Shown piece after piece: positions 1-10,208 of a stretch of DNA of 64,000 bases (position 1 is its first letter; every line of letters begins with the position of its first letter). This DNA comes from an uncultured Clostridium sp. GTDB lineage: Bacteria > Bacillota > Clostridia > TANB77 > CAG-508. The DNA is taken from assembly GCA_948469315.1 (NCBI GenBank), contig CAOKLQ010000004.1, positions 3,517 to 67,516 on the forward strand, written 5' to 3'. Made by a program: the position numbers and the translations under genes. Under the pieces are notes generated by a model that had not been told where the DNA came from, did no database searches, and was given only the letters and a program-made list of their open reading frames with translations.

Positions 1-813
1 ACACATATATAAAGTTGATAAGAAATTCTCTATAAAAGGAATATAACTATGTTCATTTTCTAACCAATTAATCGAAGATAATCTTAATGCCTCATAATAA
101 TTTCCTTTACTATTATTTATTTGTTCTTCAAACGAAACATATTTACCAACATCAAATCCATTTTTATATAATAATAACAATGTTAATAATCTTGACATTC
201 TTCCGTTACCATCTCTAAATGGATGTATGCAAAGAAAATCAAGAATAAAACATGGAATTAGTAATAATTGATTAATATTAGAATTATTACTTGCATCATG
301 ATATGCAAGTATAAGTTGTTCCATTGCCTCTGGTGTTTCTTTTGAAGATAATGGCTTAAATCTTATTTTTCTGTTTCCGTCTTTATCTTCTTCTACAATA
401 TAGTTTTCGTTTATTTTATATTTTCCTGCATCTTCAGTTCCTGTATATGACATCATTATTTCATGTAATCTTAAAATTGTATTTTCACTTAATTCAATAT
501 CTTCATAATGTAAATGTATTTCATTTAAGCTATCACGATAACCTGCAATTTCATTTTCATTATGATTTAATGGCTTACTATTTTGATTTACTATTTCTTC
601 TATACGTTCATCACTAGTCACAATTCCTTCTATAGCATTTGAACTTTTAACTGATTGTACTACTGCTATTTTTTCTAATTCTGTAAATATTCTTTCATAT
701 TCATCTTTTCTTATCTTTGCTCCTGTTTTTAATGAATATATAGTTCCTGTTATATTTATCAAATTGGCTGGTAGTAAGCCATTATCAAGAAAAGAATAAT
801 CAAATTTTTTCAT
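1..813 (-). CDS. Fic/DOC family protein, first 271 codons; C-terminus lies beyond the window start
   Basis: Not in the ORF track because it runs off the window. Reverse translation from ATG 813-811 gives MKKFDYSFLDNG... and the canonical Fic motif HPFRDGNGRMSRLL, encoded near 190-235. Confidence 0.85.
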   Translation of the reverse strand, partial: MKKFDYSFLDNGLLPANLINITGTIYSLKTGAKIRKDEYERIFTELEKIAVVQSVKSSNAIEGIVTSDERIEEIVNQNSKPLNHNENEIAGYRDSLNEIHLHYEDIELSENTILRLHEIMMSYTGTEDAGKYKINENYIVEEDKDGNRKIRFKPLSSKETPEAMEQLILAYHDASNNSNINQLLLIPCFILDFLCIHPFRDGNGRMSRLLTLLLLYKNGFDVGKYVSFEEQINNSKGNYYEALRLSSINWLENEHSYIPFIENFLSTLYMC

Positions 814-848
814 TTTATTTCCTTCTTTCTGCATATACTCTATGTCTT

Positions 849-903
849 TATATGCATATTTCTTATATTATATGCATATATTTTATCATTTTATATGCAT
901 AAA
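849..903. promoter_or_regulatory. Array of 12-bp palindromes TATATGCATATA upstream of the fic gene (candidate operator array)
   Basis: Copies start at 849, 869 and 892 (20-23 bp spacing). Half-site copies CTGCATATA/TATATGCAG lie at 829-837, 916-924 and 936-944. Confidence 0.45.
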
Positions 904-967
904 GTCAATGATATTCTGCATATAATTTTAAATTTTATATGCAGTAAACTATAATTATTTTTTCATA

Positions 968-1033
968 ATTTTGTTTACTATACTAAACAAAATTGTTATT
1001 TTTATTACTTTTGTTTATTTTACTAAACAAAAT
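968..1033. promoter_or_regulatory. Two copies of inverted repeat TTTTGTTTA-n6/7-TAAACAAAA
   Basis: Copies at 968-994 and 1009-1033, between the fic start and the cgs 3' end. Seen directly in sequence; function unknown. Confidence 0.3.
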
Positions 1034-1150
1034 ATGTTATTTTATGTATTTAAGAGTATCAATATTTTTAAGGTTTACAACCTCACTTTGTTCGGTTGCA
1101 TAAGTTATCCGTAACTCATTTCATTCGAACGGCTAACTTAAAAACTGGTT

Positions 1151-3802
1151 CTAACAACAACACTCATGTGTGTATTGTCCTCCATTTTCTCTTACTCCTG
1201 GCAAATATGCTTTTATATATCCTGGCTCTAGTTTGCTTTTATCAAATGGTGGGTCTAGTAACTTGATTATCATATTTTCCCTATCTACTAAGTGATTTTC
1301 CATACTTTCCATTGATATATATTTTTTATCATTATCTCCTGCATTTGATATTACAGACCAACTTTGTGCAATATTATCTATTCTACATTCCCCATTTTCT
1401 ATACTTCCTAAAACATTTCCATCATCCATAAAGGCACGTTTATACCATCTTCCATCCCAGGCATTTGTGTTTAGTGCTTTTTTTAAGTTTTGCATTACTT
1501 TTTCGTATTTTTCTATTTTTTCTGGCTTTTCATCTTTTGTTTTCATTATTTCCACAAATCTATCTAAAATATTATACAAGAAAAATCCTAGCCATACACT
1601 TTCTCCTATTCCTTTTGGTCCTACTTCACTCATTCCATCATTCCAGTCTCCTGATCCCATTTTTGGAAGTCCGTTTTGTCCAAAGTTTAGGCTTTTTTCT
1701 ATTGCTTTTATACAGTGCTGATAAATACTTTCTTTTGTATCTGTATATTCATATTTATCATATCTTTCGTCTATTCCATCTTCTAGTAAATCTCCTTTTA
1801 CATATGGCTCTTCTATGTCTAATATGCTATAATCTCCTGTTGCTTCAATATATTCTATACATATATACACTAGCCATAATAAATCATCTGAAAACCTTGT
1901 ACGTATTCCTTTACCTGTTTCCTCATGCCACCAGTGTTCTACGTCTCCTTCTATAAATTGATGCCTGCTATGTTTTAGTATTTGATTTTTCATAATTTCT
2001 GGCTGGATATATTTTGCGCTTAATGTGTCTTGCAGTTGATCTCTAAATCCAAATGCTCCCCCTGATTGATAATATCCGCTTCTTGCATATATTCTAGAGG
2101 CTATTGATTGATATAAACACCAACCATTAAGAATTATATTCATAGATTCAACTGGTGTTTCAACTTGAAGTGCATTTACTAAACTTTCCCACTTTTGTTT
2201 TACTTTTTCTAATTCCCCAATACAATTATTCAAATTAGTGTATTTATAACTTATATCTTTTATATCTAAAATATCTTGCCCTTCACCTAATAATATTGAA
2301 ATCTTTTTTTCTTCAAAAGCTTTAAGTTCAATATCTAACTGGATTGCAACACAAGAGTCTTCTCCAAATCCTGATTCATCGTCTAAACTTATTTTATCAA
2401 TTGCTTGCGGTTTTGCTATATTTCCATTTCCTATAAAACTTTTCTTACTTCCTGTAAATGATTTTATCGGCTCACTTGTAGCTATATAACCTTTTTGTCC
2501 TTTAAAATCTGATGAATACATATTTTCAAAATATACTATATTTGTGTCTTTTGACACATTTATATAACCATTAGATTTTATTTCATCTTCTCCTAAAACT
2601 GGTTTTATATAATATATTAATTTTAATTTTTTTGATGTTGGAAGCGTATTTTTTAACTCTAGTATATTTATTTTTACACTTTCGCTTCTTGGAACAAATA
2701 CTTGCATCTTTTGCGATATTCCTAAACTATAATGTTCATATTTTGCCCATCCAAAGCCATATGTTATATAATAATCATTATTATCTGGAAGTGGCCTTGC
2801 ACCTAATGACCAACTTTTTCCAGTTTCTTTATCTTTTAAATATATAACCTCAGATGGTATGTCTTGCGTAAGGTTATTATTCCAAGCAGTTAATCTATTT
2901 AACCTACTATTTTTATTCCAGGTATAGCCTCCCATACCTTCAGTCACAACTGTTCCAAAGTTTTCATTTGCTATAACATGGCTCCAAGTTGTAGGTAAGT
3001 TTTCATCTTTATTTATTTTAATAAAATATTCTTTTCCATCTTTTGAAAAAGCGCCAAATTCATTATAATATTTAAAATTATCTAGTACTTCACTATTTTC
3101 AAACATATTTGTTCTTATATTTTCTTCTTCAAGTACTATCTTTTCTGGTAATTCTTCTCCAATATTTTTAATACTATTTATATAATCTTCTTCAAGCTCT
3201 TGCATTTGAGCTTCTAAATTTCCTAAATGACTATCAATTATTATATTTGCTCTAAACTCTAAAAGTTCTAAATCTTGCTTAGCTATTTCCTTTGAATTTA
3301 TTACAAATATTCCACCTTTTACATTTTTTAAATATGCAAGTTGATTATTTAAAATGCAATTTTCAATTCCTTCATTTGCATAAGAATTATAAGAATAATC
3401 CTCCTCATTTAATATTACAAGTTCTAAATAAATATTTTTTATTCTTAAATATTCATATGCTTTTAAAATTTCATCTATAACGAAACTATCATTTAAATCA
3501 CTTATTTTAGCTATAATTATTGGCATGTCTCCTGAAATTCCAAACTTCCATAAATCTTCTTGTGCAAAGTTTTTGTTTTTAAATTTATTCATATATAATT
3601 TTTTTGTATTATTTTGAACAATTATTAAAGACATTATTTTTTTATAAACTTCTACATCTTTTGCTTTTACACCTAAATATCTTAGTTCTTCTGCTGATTT
3701 TACTTCTTCTAGTTCAAAATTCTTATCAATAATACTTTGATTTTTATATTCATTTAAATTTTCCATAGCATCATCTTTAGTATTTGAAATAGACAAAATC
3801 AA
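1151..3802 (-). CDS. C-terminal GH94 (glycoside phosphorylase-like) part of a giant cyclic beta-1,2-glucan synthase-like protein; continues ORF 3804..8990 after a +1 shift at CGG 3822-3824
   Basis: 883-aa ORF with GH94-type blocks (ARSGYYQSGGAFGFRDQLQD, GSGDWNDGMS). Skipping one C in CCC-CGG-T joins ...KIKP to GQTVKLNLILSISN in frame. Confidence 0.8.
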   Translation of the reverse strand: MILSISNTKDDAMENLNEYKNQSIIDKNFELEEVKSAEELRYLGVKAKDVEVYKKIMSLIIVQNNTKKLYMNKFKNKNFAQEDLWKFGISGDMPIIIAKISDLNDSFVIDEILKAYEYLRIKNIYLELVILNEEDYSYNSYANEGIENCILNNQLAYLKNVKGGIFVINSKEIAKQDLELLEFRANIIIDSHLGNLEAQMQELEEDYINSIKNIGEELPEKIVLEEENIRTNMFENSEVLDNFKYYNEFGAFSKDGKEYFIKINKDENLPTTWSHVIANENFGTVVTEGMGGYTWNKNSRLNRLTAWNNNLTQDIPSEVIYLKDKETGKSWSLGARPLPDNNDYYITYGFGWAKYEHYSLGISQKMQVFVPRSESVKINILELKNTLPTSKKLKLIYYIKPVLGEDEIKSNGYINVSKDTNIVYFENMYSSDFKGQKGYIATSEPIKSFTGSKKSFIGNGNIAKPQAIDKISLDDESGFGEDSCVAIQLDIELKAFEEKKISILLGEGQDILDIKDISYKYTNLNNCIGELEKVKQKWESLVNALQVETPVESMNIILNGWCLYQSIASRIYARSGYYQSGGAFGFRDQLQDTLSAKYIQPEIMKNQILKHSRHQFIEGDVEHWWHEETGKGIRTRFSDDLLWLVYICIEYIEATGDYSILDIEEPYVKGDLLEDGIDERYDKYEYTDTKESIYQHCIKAIEKSLNFGQNGLPKMGSGDWNDGMSEVGPKGIGESVWLGFFLYNILDRFVEIMKTKDEKPEKIEKYEKVMQNLKKALNTNAWDGRWYKRAFMDDGNVLGSIENGECRIDNIAQSWSVISNAGDNDKKYISMESMENHLVDRENMIIKLLDPPFDKSKLEPGYIKAYLPGVRENGGQYTHECCC

Positions 3803-3803
3803 A

Positions 3804-6800
3804 TTAAGCTTTACAGTTTGACCGGGGTTTTATTTTTATAGTCTTTTTCATTGCAACTATAGGCTCTGTAACTAGCCCTAATTGTTTAGAAAAAGGCTTT
3901 GATTCTTTAATCATTTGAGGCAAGCAGATATTCCCTCTTCCAAAAAACTTTTCTTTATCTATTTCATATTCAAGTTCACCTATTGTTTCATCTTCTGTGT
4001 ATAAACTTACACCTAAAAATATTTTTTCCACATTTTTGTTTCTATTTCTTCGCTCTAAAATTATATTATCATCTTCCATATCATATCTTAAAAACAAATT
4101 ATTAAATGCTTGGTGCGAAATATCTTGATTAAATTCAGATATAATTGGCTCAAAACTAGATGTAACCTCTAAAATCTCTTCTTGATTACCATTATTTTTT
4201 AAAGTTATTTGTCTTATTTCTATATTTTTTTCTATTCCAACTGTTATTTTAGTAGTTGTTTCAATATCTCCATCAAACCTATTAATTACTGTACTATCTG
4301 CTGAAAAAATACTTGTATATTTATCTGGCTTATCTAAATAATTCATATAATTTGCTGTCCAAATTCTTTTTGTATTTACATTTTTTATATAGAAAAATAT
4401 ACCTTGATTATTATCAGATGTTTGTTTATACCTATTTATTAAAATATCTTTATATTTACTATAACCTTCACCTTTTTGATTTATTATTATACTATAATTT
4501 TCATTAGAAATTACATTATATTTATCCAATTCATAATCCCCTTTATTAAATGTTATTTGTGAGTAATTTTCATAATCTTGATATTTTATTTTATTAGGTT
4601 TTTCTTTCTTTTCTTTTGTAATAATTACACTCTCAGGCATTCTTTCTTGAAGCAAAATATCTATTGCTTGTACCTCGGGATTTTTAGAAAAACGCTTTTG
4701 CAAAATATTATTATTTATTAAATTATTAATAGAAAGTAAAATTAATCCTTGATGATGTGCCATAAATGTTTTTACAACCTCAGAATTTTTTCCAGAAGAT
4801 AATCTACTTCTAGTATAATCAATTGCTTCATATAATCCATATTTTCCCTTTATCCCTTGGTTTTCCATTTGCTTTATATTTTCTATTACCTGATTTGGAT
4901 TTTGTGCAAGCCATAACATACTACCATAACTTGATACAACCATTTCATCTTCTAGCCCTCTTTTTAATCCAAGCCAAGGTATTCCAAAGGCTTTATATTG
5001 ATAATTTGAGTGCAAGTCTTTTAAATTAAATGCAGATTCTGAAATTCCCCAAGGTATACCTACTTTTTTACTATACTCAATTTGGCTCATTATCATAAAC
5101 TTACAAGATTCATCAAGCAAGCTTCCTTCATAACTTGGTATATTTATATTTGGCATTAAATATTCAAAAGCAGTTCCAGACCAGGAAATTAATCCTTTAT
5201 AACCTTTTAGGCTTGTTAAAGTTCTACTTAGATTTCTCCAATGTTTTGGTTTAATATCACCTTTACTTATTGCAACTAAACTTGCTTGTCTTGCCTCAGA
5301 TGCAAGTAAATCATAATAAGAATCTGTTAATTTATTATCTTCTACATTAAATCCAATTGAAAATAATCCTGTTTTATAATCATATACTTTTGTAAAATCT
5401 GTTTTTTCTATTAAATCATTTAATATCTGAATTAGATAACTTAGTCTTTCTTCATTTTCATCATTTTTAGAATTTTCTAAAAACTGTTTTACTACATATA
5501 AATAACCTACAAAATTCCCACTATCAACAGTTGATACATATCTTGGAATTAAAGGCTCTAATGTACAAATATTGTACCAGTTATATAAATGACCATTCCA
5601 TTTTTGCAAAGAATTTATAACATTTATCATTTTTTCTAATAAATTTATTGTATTTTCAAAATTTTCATATTTTAAATCATAACTTGATATTACTGTTAAA
5701 AGCCCAAGTCCTATATTTGTAGAAGATGTTCTATCTACAAATTTTTTCTTCCTTTGTTCTTGATAATTATCTGGTGGCAAATAGTTATTTTTCTCATTTA
5801 AAGTATCTTTAAAATATTGCCAGGTATTTTTTCCAATATCTTGTATATATTCAATATCTTCTTTTTTAACTTCATAAACTTTAACTTTTTCTTTATTTTC
5901 TTTACTTATATAACAGCTAATTGCTGGTGCTAAAACCCAAAGAATAGCAAATACTAAATATAATATTTTTTCATATAACAAGATTGAATAAATAGCAAGT
6001 AGACATGAAACAGCTCCAAATACTACATTTATAAACATACTTTTGTAATATGATACAAAATCTGTTTTTGAATTTTTATCAGCTTCTTCAGAAGTTGTCC
6101 ATTCTAATAAATGCTTTTTACTAATGTATTTTCTATAAATCGTCTTTACAATAGCATTTAAACAAACATAAGCTTTATGTGGTGCAAAACTAACTGTAAG
6201 AATTGCTCTTAAAAATACCCCATTTATTCCAGTTATAGTAGGTGTAAATGTTCTTTGATGTTCTTCATCTTCTTTCTTAAAAATAATAATATTTATAAAT
6301 TCCATAATCATTGGTGTAATTATTGATATAAAAGATGTAAAAATTATAAGTCCTACTTTTATATTAAATTTTAGTTTTAAAAGTATTGCAAGTGTAATTG
6401 TAGCTAAAGCAGTTATTTCAAATAAGCTTCTTCTTAAATTGTCTAATATTTTAAACTTAGATAAAAAATTTAGTGGATTTTTTATTTTTTCACCATTTTG
6501 AACTCGTATTTCTCCAAACATCCATCTAGTTATTTGCCAATCTCCACGAGTCCACCTAGACAGTCTACTCATAAAACTATTGTATTTATAAGGGTATCCA
6601 TCCATTAATAATATATCTGTTGCAAGCCCACATCTTAAATAACTTCCTTCTAGCAAATCATGGCTTAAAACGGTATTTTCTGGAATTTGGGATTTTAGTA
6701 TCTTAGAAAACACTTCTAAATCATATATTCCTTTTCCAGTAAAAATTCCCTCATCAAAATTATCTTGATAAACATCAAAAATAGCATTTGTATATAAATC

Positions 6801-8990
6801 TGTTCCACCTGCTCCTGCAAAAATTTGCGTAAATAAAGATTTTCTACTTGCATTAATATTTATTCCAACTTTTGGTTGTATAAGTGCGTGACCTTTTACA
6901 ACTCTTTTATTTTCTATAATAGGTGTATTTAATATATGTGCCATTGCACCTACTAACTCATATGCTGAATTTAAACTTAAATCTGTATCTGCATCTAAAG
7001 TTATTATATATTTTATTTGTGGAATAGATTTTTTATCTATTGTATTTACAATAAAATCTGAATCTTGTTTATTTAAAACATATTCATTAAATTGAGTAAG
7101 CAGTCCTCTTTTTCTTTCCCAGCCTAAATAAGACTCTTCTGCTTGGTTCCATACTCTTTTCCTATACAAAAAATGAAATTTTGGAAATTCATCTAAACTA
7201 TATTTTTTATTTAGTTCTTCTACTAATTTTTGCCCTTCTTCTATTACCTCATTGTCTATTGCTTCTTTTTCATATTTAGAACTTGTACAATCTCCAAGTA
7301 GTGCAAAATATAGATTTTGGCTTTTATTTGCTAGATAATATACTTCTAATTTATGCATTAATTCTTTAACTTTTTGCTTATTTCCTACTATTGTAGGTAT
7401 TACAACAAAAGTTGCCTCAGTCTTTGGTATTCCTTCTGAAAAATCCATTTTAGGAAGTCGTTTTGGTTTTACTGTTTTTCCTAGAATATATTGCATAATT
7501 TGAATTACTATTTCAGTAATTGGAATATATAAAAATAGGCTTAAAATTAGAGAGCATATTAAGTTTGTTTTTTGATATATTGGATAATTTAATAAAAATG
7601 TGATAATTATTGAAATTATTGCTGCTATTGCTACATATATTTTAGATTTTGTATGTGTGCTTAAATGCAATATTTTGTTTTTTCTACCTATATTTAGTGC
7701 TTTTATTAATTCTGATTCTCCATCTGATATTAGGTAGTAACCTACGTGGCATTTGATGTCCTGTTCGTTAATATTAATTCGTTCATCGTTTGTATGTGGA
7801 GTATCGATTTTGATTTCGTTTTTTGAGTCGCCCAAAGTAGCGACCCCTACGTTATGTCTGTCCTTAATATTATTGTCATTTTCTATGTTGTTTGTATTTG
7901 ATTTTGGTTTTATTGTTTGGTTGTTATATGCATTTGTTGCAAGTTCTATTGCAGTTTGTGCAATGTATATTTCTGATATTTTGGTTTTTTTAGATATTTG
8001 TTGTATTTTGTTTCTGTACATTTCTTTTGTTTCGTAATCCATATTTTCATATATTTTTAATGGATCTTCTTTTAAAATTTCTTCTACTCCATTTAGGTTT
8101 TCAAATATTTCTAAAAAATTCATTCTATTTAAACGTTTTATTGATAAAATACTATTTGCCATTGATATTTTCTTTATAGCTATGTCAAAATGTTCTTTTT
8201 GTATTACATCTGATATAGTATTTCCCATTTTATTTACTTGTGTTTCAACTATATCTAAAAATACTTTTGCTTTTTTTCCTATCTTTTTTAATTTATAAGA
8301 TATATGCTCTATAAAAGGGTATTTTAGCTCTCCATATCCTAATTTACTTGTTTTTTTTGTTACATCATTTTTATATATTTGCTCATCTTTTTTTCTTGTT
8401 TCAACTAATCTTTCTACAATTGATTCTGCTCTATATTTTTGTATTTGACTTGAATATATTTTTTCACATATATTTGCAATATTTTGTATTAAAACTATTT
8501 TTAAAAATGTTCCTATATTCCAAATTTCGTTCATACTAAGAGATTTCTTTTTTTGATACGCTTTTAATGCTAAACTTAAATTTGTACTATTAATATTATT
8601 TTCAGTATATGCCAAAATTTCAGCAGCCAAAACATAAATACGAGCATATCCTTTATAATTTCCATTTGAAATAGATATTAAATTTTTATATTTACTTTTA
8701 GTAAGTTCTTTTTCAATTATTTTAACATTTTCTTCTATAATATAATAATTATCTAAAAGCCATTCACCTGCTGGATGTATATTTATTTTAAGTTTTATAT
8801 GTTCATTTAATAAATTATAAACTTTAGTAATAAAATCAAAATTTTCCATCATCTCTGGAATTGGGTATGTTTCCATACTAGAGTTATTTTCCAAAATATT
8901 ATCTGATGCAAATTTTTCTATATATTCTTCTAATTGATTTTTATCTAATAATGCTCCCTTTATATTTAAAATACCAAACATAAAAAACAT
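3804..8990 (-). CDS. N-terminal part of the cyclic beta-1,2-glucan synthase-like protein (membrane-embedded glycosyltransferase region plus linker domains)
   Basis: 1728-aa ORF with several hydrophobic segments and glycosyltransferase motifs ITLDADTDL and SRWTRGDWQ (QxxRW-like). It ends 15 nt after the CGG shift site. Confidence 0.75.
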   Translation of the reverse strand: MFFMFGILNIKGALLDKNQLEEYIEKFASDNILENNSSMETYPIPEMMENFDFITKVYNLLNEHIKLKINIHPAGEWLLDNYYIIEENVKIIEKELTKSKYKNLISISNGNYKGYARIYVLAAEILAYTENNINSTNLSLALKAYQKKKSLSMNEIWNIGTFLKIVLIQNIANICEKIYSSQIQKYRAESIVERLVETRKKDEQIYKNDVTKKTSKLGYGELKYPFIEHISYKLKKIGKKAKVFLDIVETQVNKMGNTISDVIQKEHFDIAIKKISMANSILSIKRLNRMNFLEIFENLNGVEEILKEDPLKIYENMDYETKEMYRNKIQQISKKTKISEIYIAQTAIELATNAYNNQTIKPKSNTNNIENDNNIKDRHNVGVATLGDSKNEIKIDTPHTNDERININEQDIKCHVGYYLISDGESELIKALNIGRKNKILHLSTHTKSKIYVAIAAIISIIITFLLNYPIYQKTNLICSLILSLFLYIPITEIVIQIMQYILGKTVKPKRLPKMDFSEGIPKTEATFVVIPTIVGNKQKVKELMHKLEVYYLANKSQNLYFALLGDCTSSKYEKEAIDNEVIEEGQKLVEELNKKYSLDEFPKFHFLYRKRVWNQAEESYLGWERKRGLLTQFNEYVLNKQDSDFIVNTIDKKSIPQIKYIITLDADTDLSLNSAYELVGAMAHILNTPIIENKRVVKGHALIQPKVGININASRKSLFTQIFAGAGGTDLYTNAIFDVYQDNFDEGIFTGKGIYDLEVFSKILKSQIPENTVLSHDLLEGSYLRCGLATDILLMDGYPYKYNSFMSRLSRWTRGDWQITRWMFGEIRVQNGEKIKNPLNFLSKFKILDNLRRSLFEITALATITLAILLKLKFNIKVGLIIFTSFISIITPMIMEFINIIIFKKEDEEHQRTFTPTITGINGVFLRAILTVSFAPHKAYVCLNAIVKTIYRKYISKKHLLEWTTSEEADKNSKTDFVSYYKSMFINVVFGAVSCLLAIYSILLYEKILYLVFAILWVLAPAISCYISKENKEKVKVYEVKKEDIEYIQDIGKNTWQYFKDTLNEKNNYLPPDNYQEQRKKKFVDRTSSTNIGLGLLTVISSYDLKYENFENTINLLEKMINVINSLQKWNGHLYNWYNICTLEPLIPRYVSTVDSGNFVGYLYVVKQFLENSKNDENEERLSYLIQILNDLIEKTDFTKVYDYKTGLFSIGFNVEDNKLTDSYYDLLASEARQASLVAISKGDIKPKHWRNLSRTLTSLKGYKGLISWSGTAFEYLMPNINIPSYEGSLLDESCKFMIMSQIEYSKKVGIPWGISESAFNLKDLHSNYQYKAFGIPWLGLKRGLEDEMVVSSYGSMLWLAQNPNQVIENIKQMENQGIKGKYGLYEAIDYTRSRLSSGKNSEVVKTFMAHHQGLILLSINNLINNNILQKRFSKNPEVQAIDILLQERMPESVIITKEKKEKPNKIKYQDYENYSQITFNKGDYELDKYNVISNENYSIIINQKGEGYSKYKDILINRYKQTSDNNQGIFFYIKNVNTKRIWTANYMNYLDKPDKYTSIFSADSTVINRFDGDIETTTKITVGIEKNIEIRQITLKNNGNQEEILEVTSSFEPIISEFNQDISHQAFNNLFLRYDMEDDNIILERRNRNKNVEKIFLGVSLYTEDETIGELEYEIDKEKFFGRGNICLPQMIKESKPFSKQLGLVTEPIVAMKKTIKIKPRSNCKA
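7825..7851 (-). repeat. REP-like GC-rich palindromic element with GTAGG head, in frame inside cgs
   Basis: Minus-strand reading is CGTAGGGGTCGCTACTTTGGGCGACTC, with stem GTCGC/GCGAC. It encodes HNVGVATLGDS within a low-complexity linker. Confidence 0.5.
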
Positions 8991-9268
8991 CTACTCCTTA
9001 AAATATGTATTTTAAGGTTAGTTTTTCCATGTTTGGTATTTTTTATTCAGTATGCAATTTTTATAATTTTTCTATTTCTTCTTTTTTTTATACTTTTTAT
9101 ATACAATATTTTATAAAAAAACATGCAATATTTTTCAAAAAAATGTTGCATATTTCTTTTTTTATTGTATAATTAAATTAATAATCACATATTATAGTTA
9201 ATAATTCCCCTGTCAATTCGAAGCTTTACGTTTAGTACGTAAAAGGTATATGTAGATGAGATGGGGGA

Positions 9269-10114
9269 TTATTGATTTTCTCGTTTTTTAGTAAGCTTTC
9301 TATAATATGTAGAATTACTTGGTATAAATTTCCAATGTCTATAAGGTATAGTCCAGGTATTCATATCATGTAAACCTGTCGATACTCCTATATTAAAATT
9401 AGGATGAATCTCTCTAATTCTTTCTAATATATGTTTATAGAGTTTTTCTTTAGCAATAGTCTTTTTTCCTCTTTTATTACTGCTAGATAGTTTTTCTTTA
9501 TGAAAGTTATTTAATCTAAAATTAATTGAACCCAATATTATATCCATACACTGTAAAATAACATGGTTATGTGAAACTACTTCTGCTATGTTTTCTTTCT
9601 TTATATGAATATTGTTATCTTTAAATATATTTACATGATTTAATCCATATACAAAATCTATAAAAGTATTATTTCTATTTGGCGTATTAGGCAATTTATC
9701 AAAATAAAATCTAATATCAATTTCTTTATTTTTTAATGGATTACTATTTTCAAAACCAAACGCCCATTTTACAAATTGGTAATAAAGTAAATAGTATTCA
9801 TTATCTATTTGATTATCTGTTAAGTCATTTGCAATATAACAAACAGGTTTAAACATAATTCTAATTTTTATTTTACTTTCTTTTATATAATCAAAAAATA
9901 AATTTATTATTTCTTTATATTTTTCTAAATAACTCTCAGTTACTTTAGACCATTTTATTTCTCCAAATAAATTTAATTCTTCTTTCTTTTTATTTAAAAT
10001 TGTATTTAACTTGTTAATTTGTTTTGCATTAACAATAGCACCACCATAGAAATTTCCAAAATATTTCCCTTTTTTAGCTGATTCATCACAATATACAATA
10101 TATTCTTCTTTCAA
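9269..10114 (-). CDS. DUF3800-like protein
   Basis: 281-aa ORF. The N-terminal IVYCDESAKKG and C-terminal ILQCMDIILG blocks resemble the DUF3800 pattern as I recall it. Confidence 0.5.
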   Translation of the reverse strand: MKEEYIVYCDESAKKGKYFGNFYGGAIVNAKQINKLNTILNKKKEELNLFGEIKWSKVTESYLEKYKEIINLFFDYIKESKIKIRIMFKPVCYIANDLTDNQIDNEYYLLYYQFVKWAFGFENSNPLKNKEIDIRFYFDKLPNTPNRNNTFIDFVYGLNHVNIFKDNNIHIKKENIAEVVSHNHVILQCMDIILGSINFRLNNFHKEKLSSSNKRGKKTIAKEKLYKHILERIREIHPNFNIGVSTGLHDMNTWTIPYRHWKFIPSNSTYYRKLTKKRENQ

Positions 10115-10208
10115 TCATTCACCTCTTCTATTTGTAATTGTTTATATGTATTTGATATTAATATTTTTATTTTCTTGAAGTATAAATTTCTAATTATTAA
10201 CTTACAAA

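Noticed and set aside
1073-1150. tRNA-like or ncRNA gene in the G+C-richer segment after cgs (and the similar segment at 9190-9268)
   Set aside because: The TTCGAAC resemblance to a T-loop is not accompanied by acceptor, D or anticodon stems. The minus-strand reading folds as simple stem-loops placed directly after stop codons, so these are probably terminators.
1465-1956. Antisense and alternative-frame track ORFs inside large genes (for example 1465..1956, 7753..8037, 18652..19230, 24613..25314, 39527..40315, 45877..46195, 52830..53087, 57243..57482)
   Set aside because: They are leucine/phenylalanine/isoleucine-rich shadows of AT-rich genes on the opposite strand or in another frame. They lack SD sequences and recognisable motifs, and each lies wholly inside a well-supported gene.
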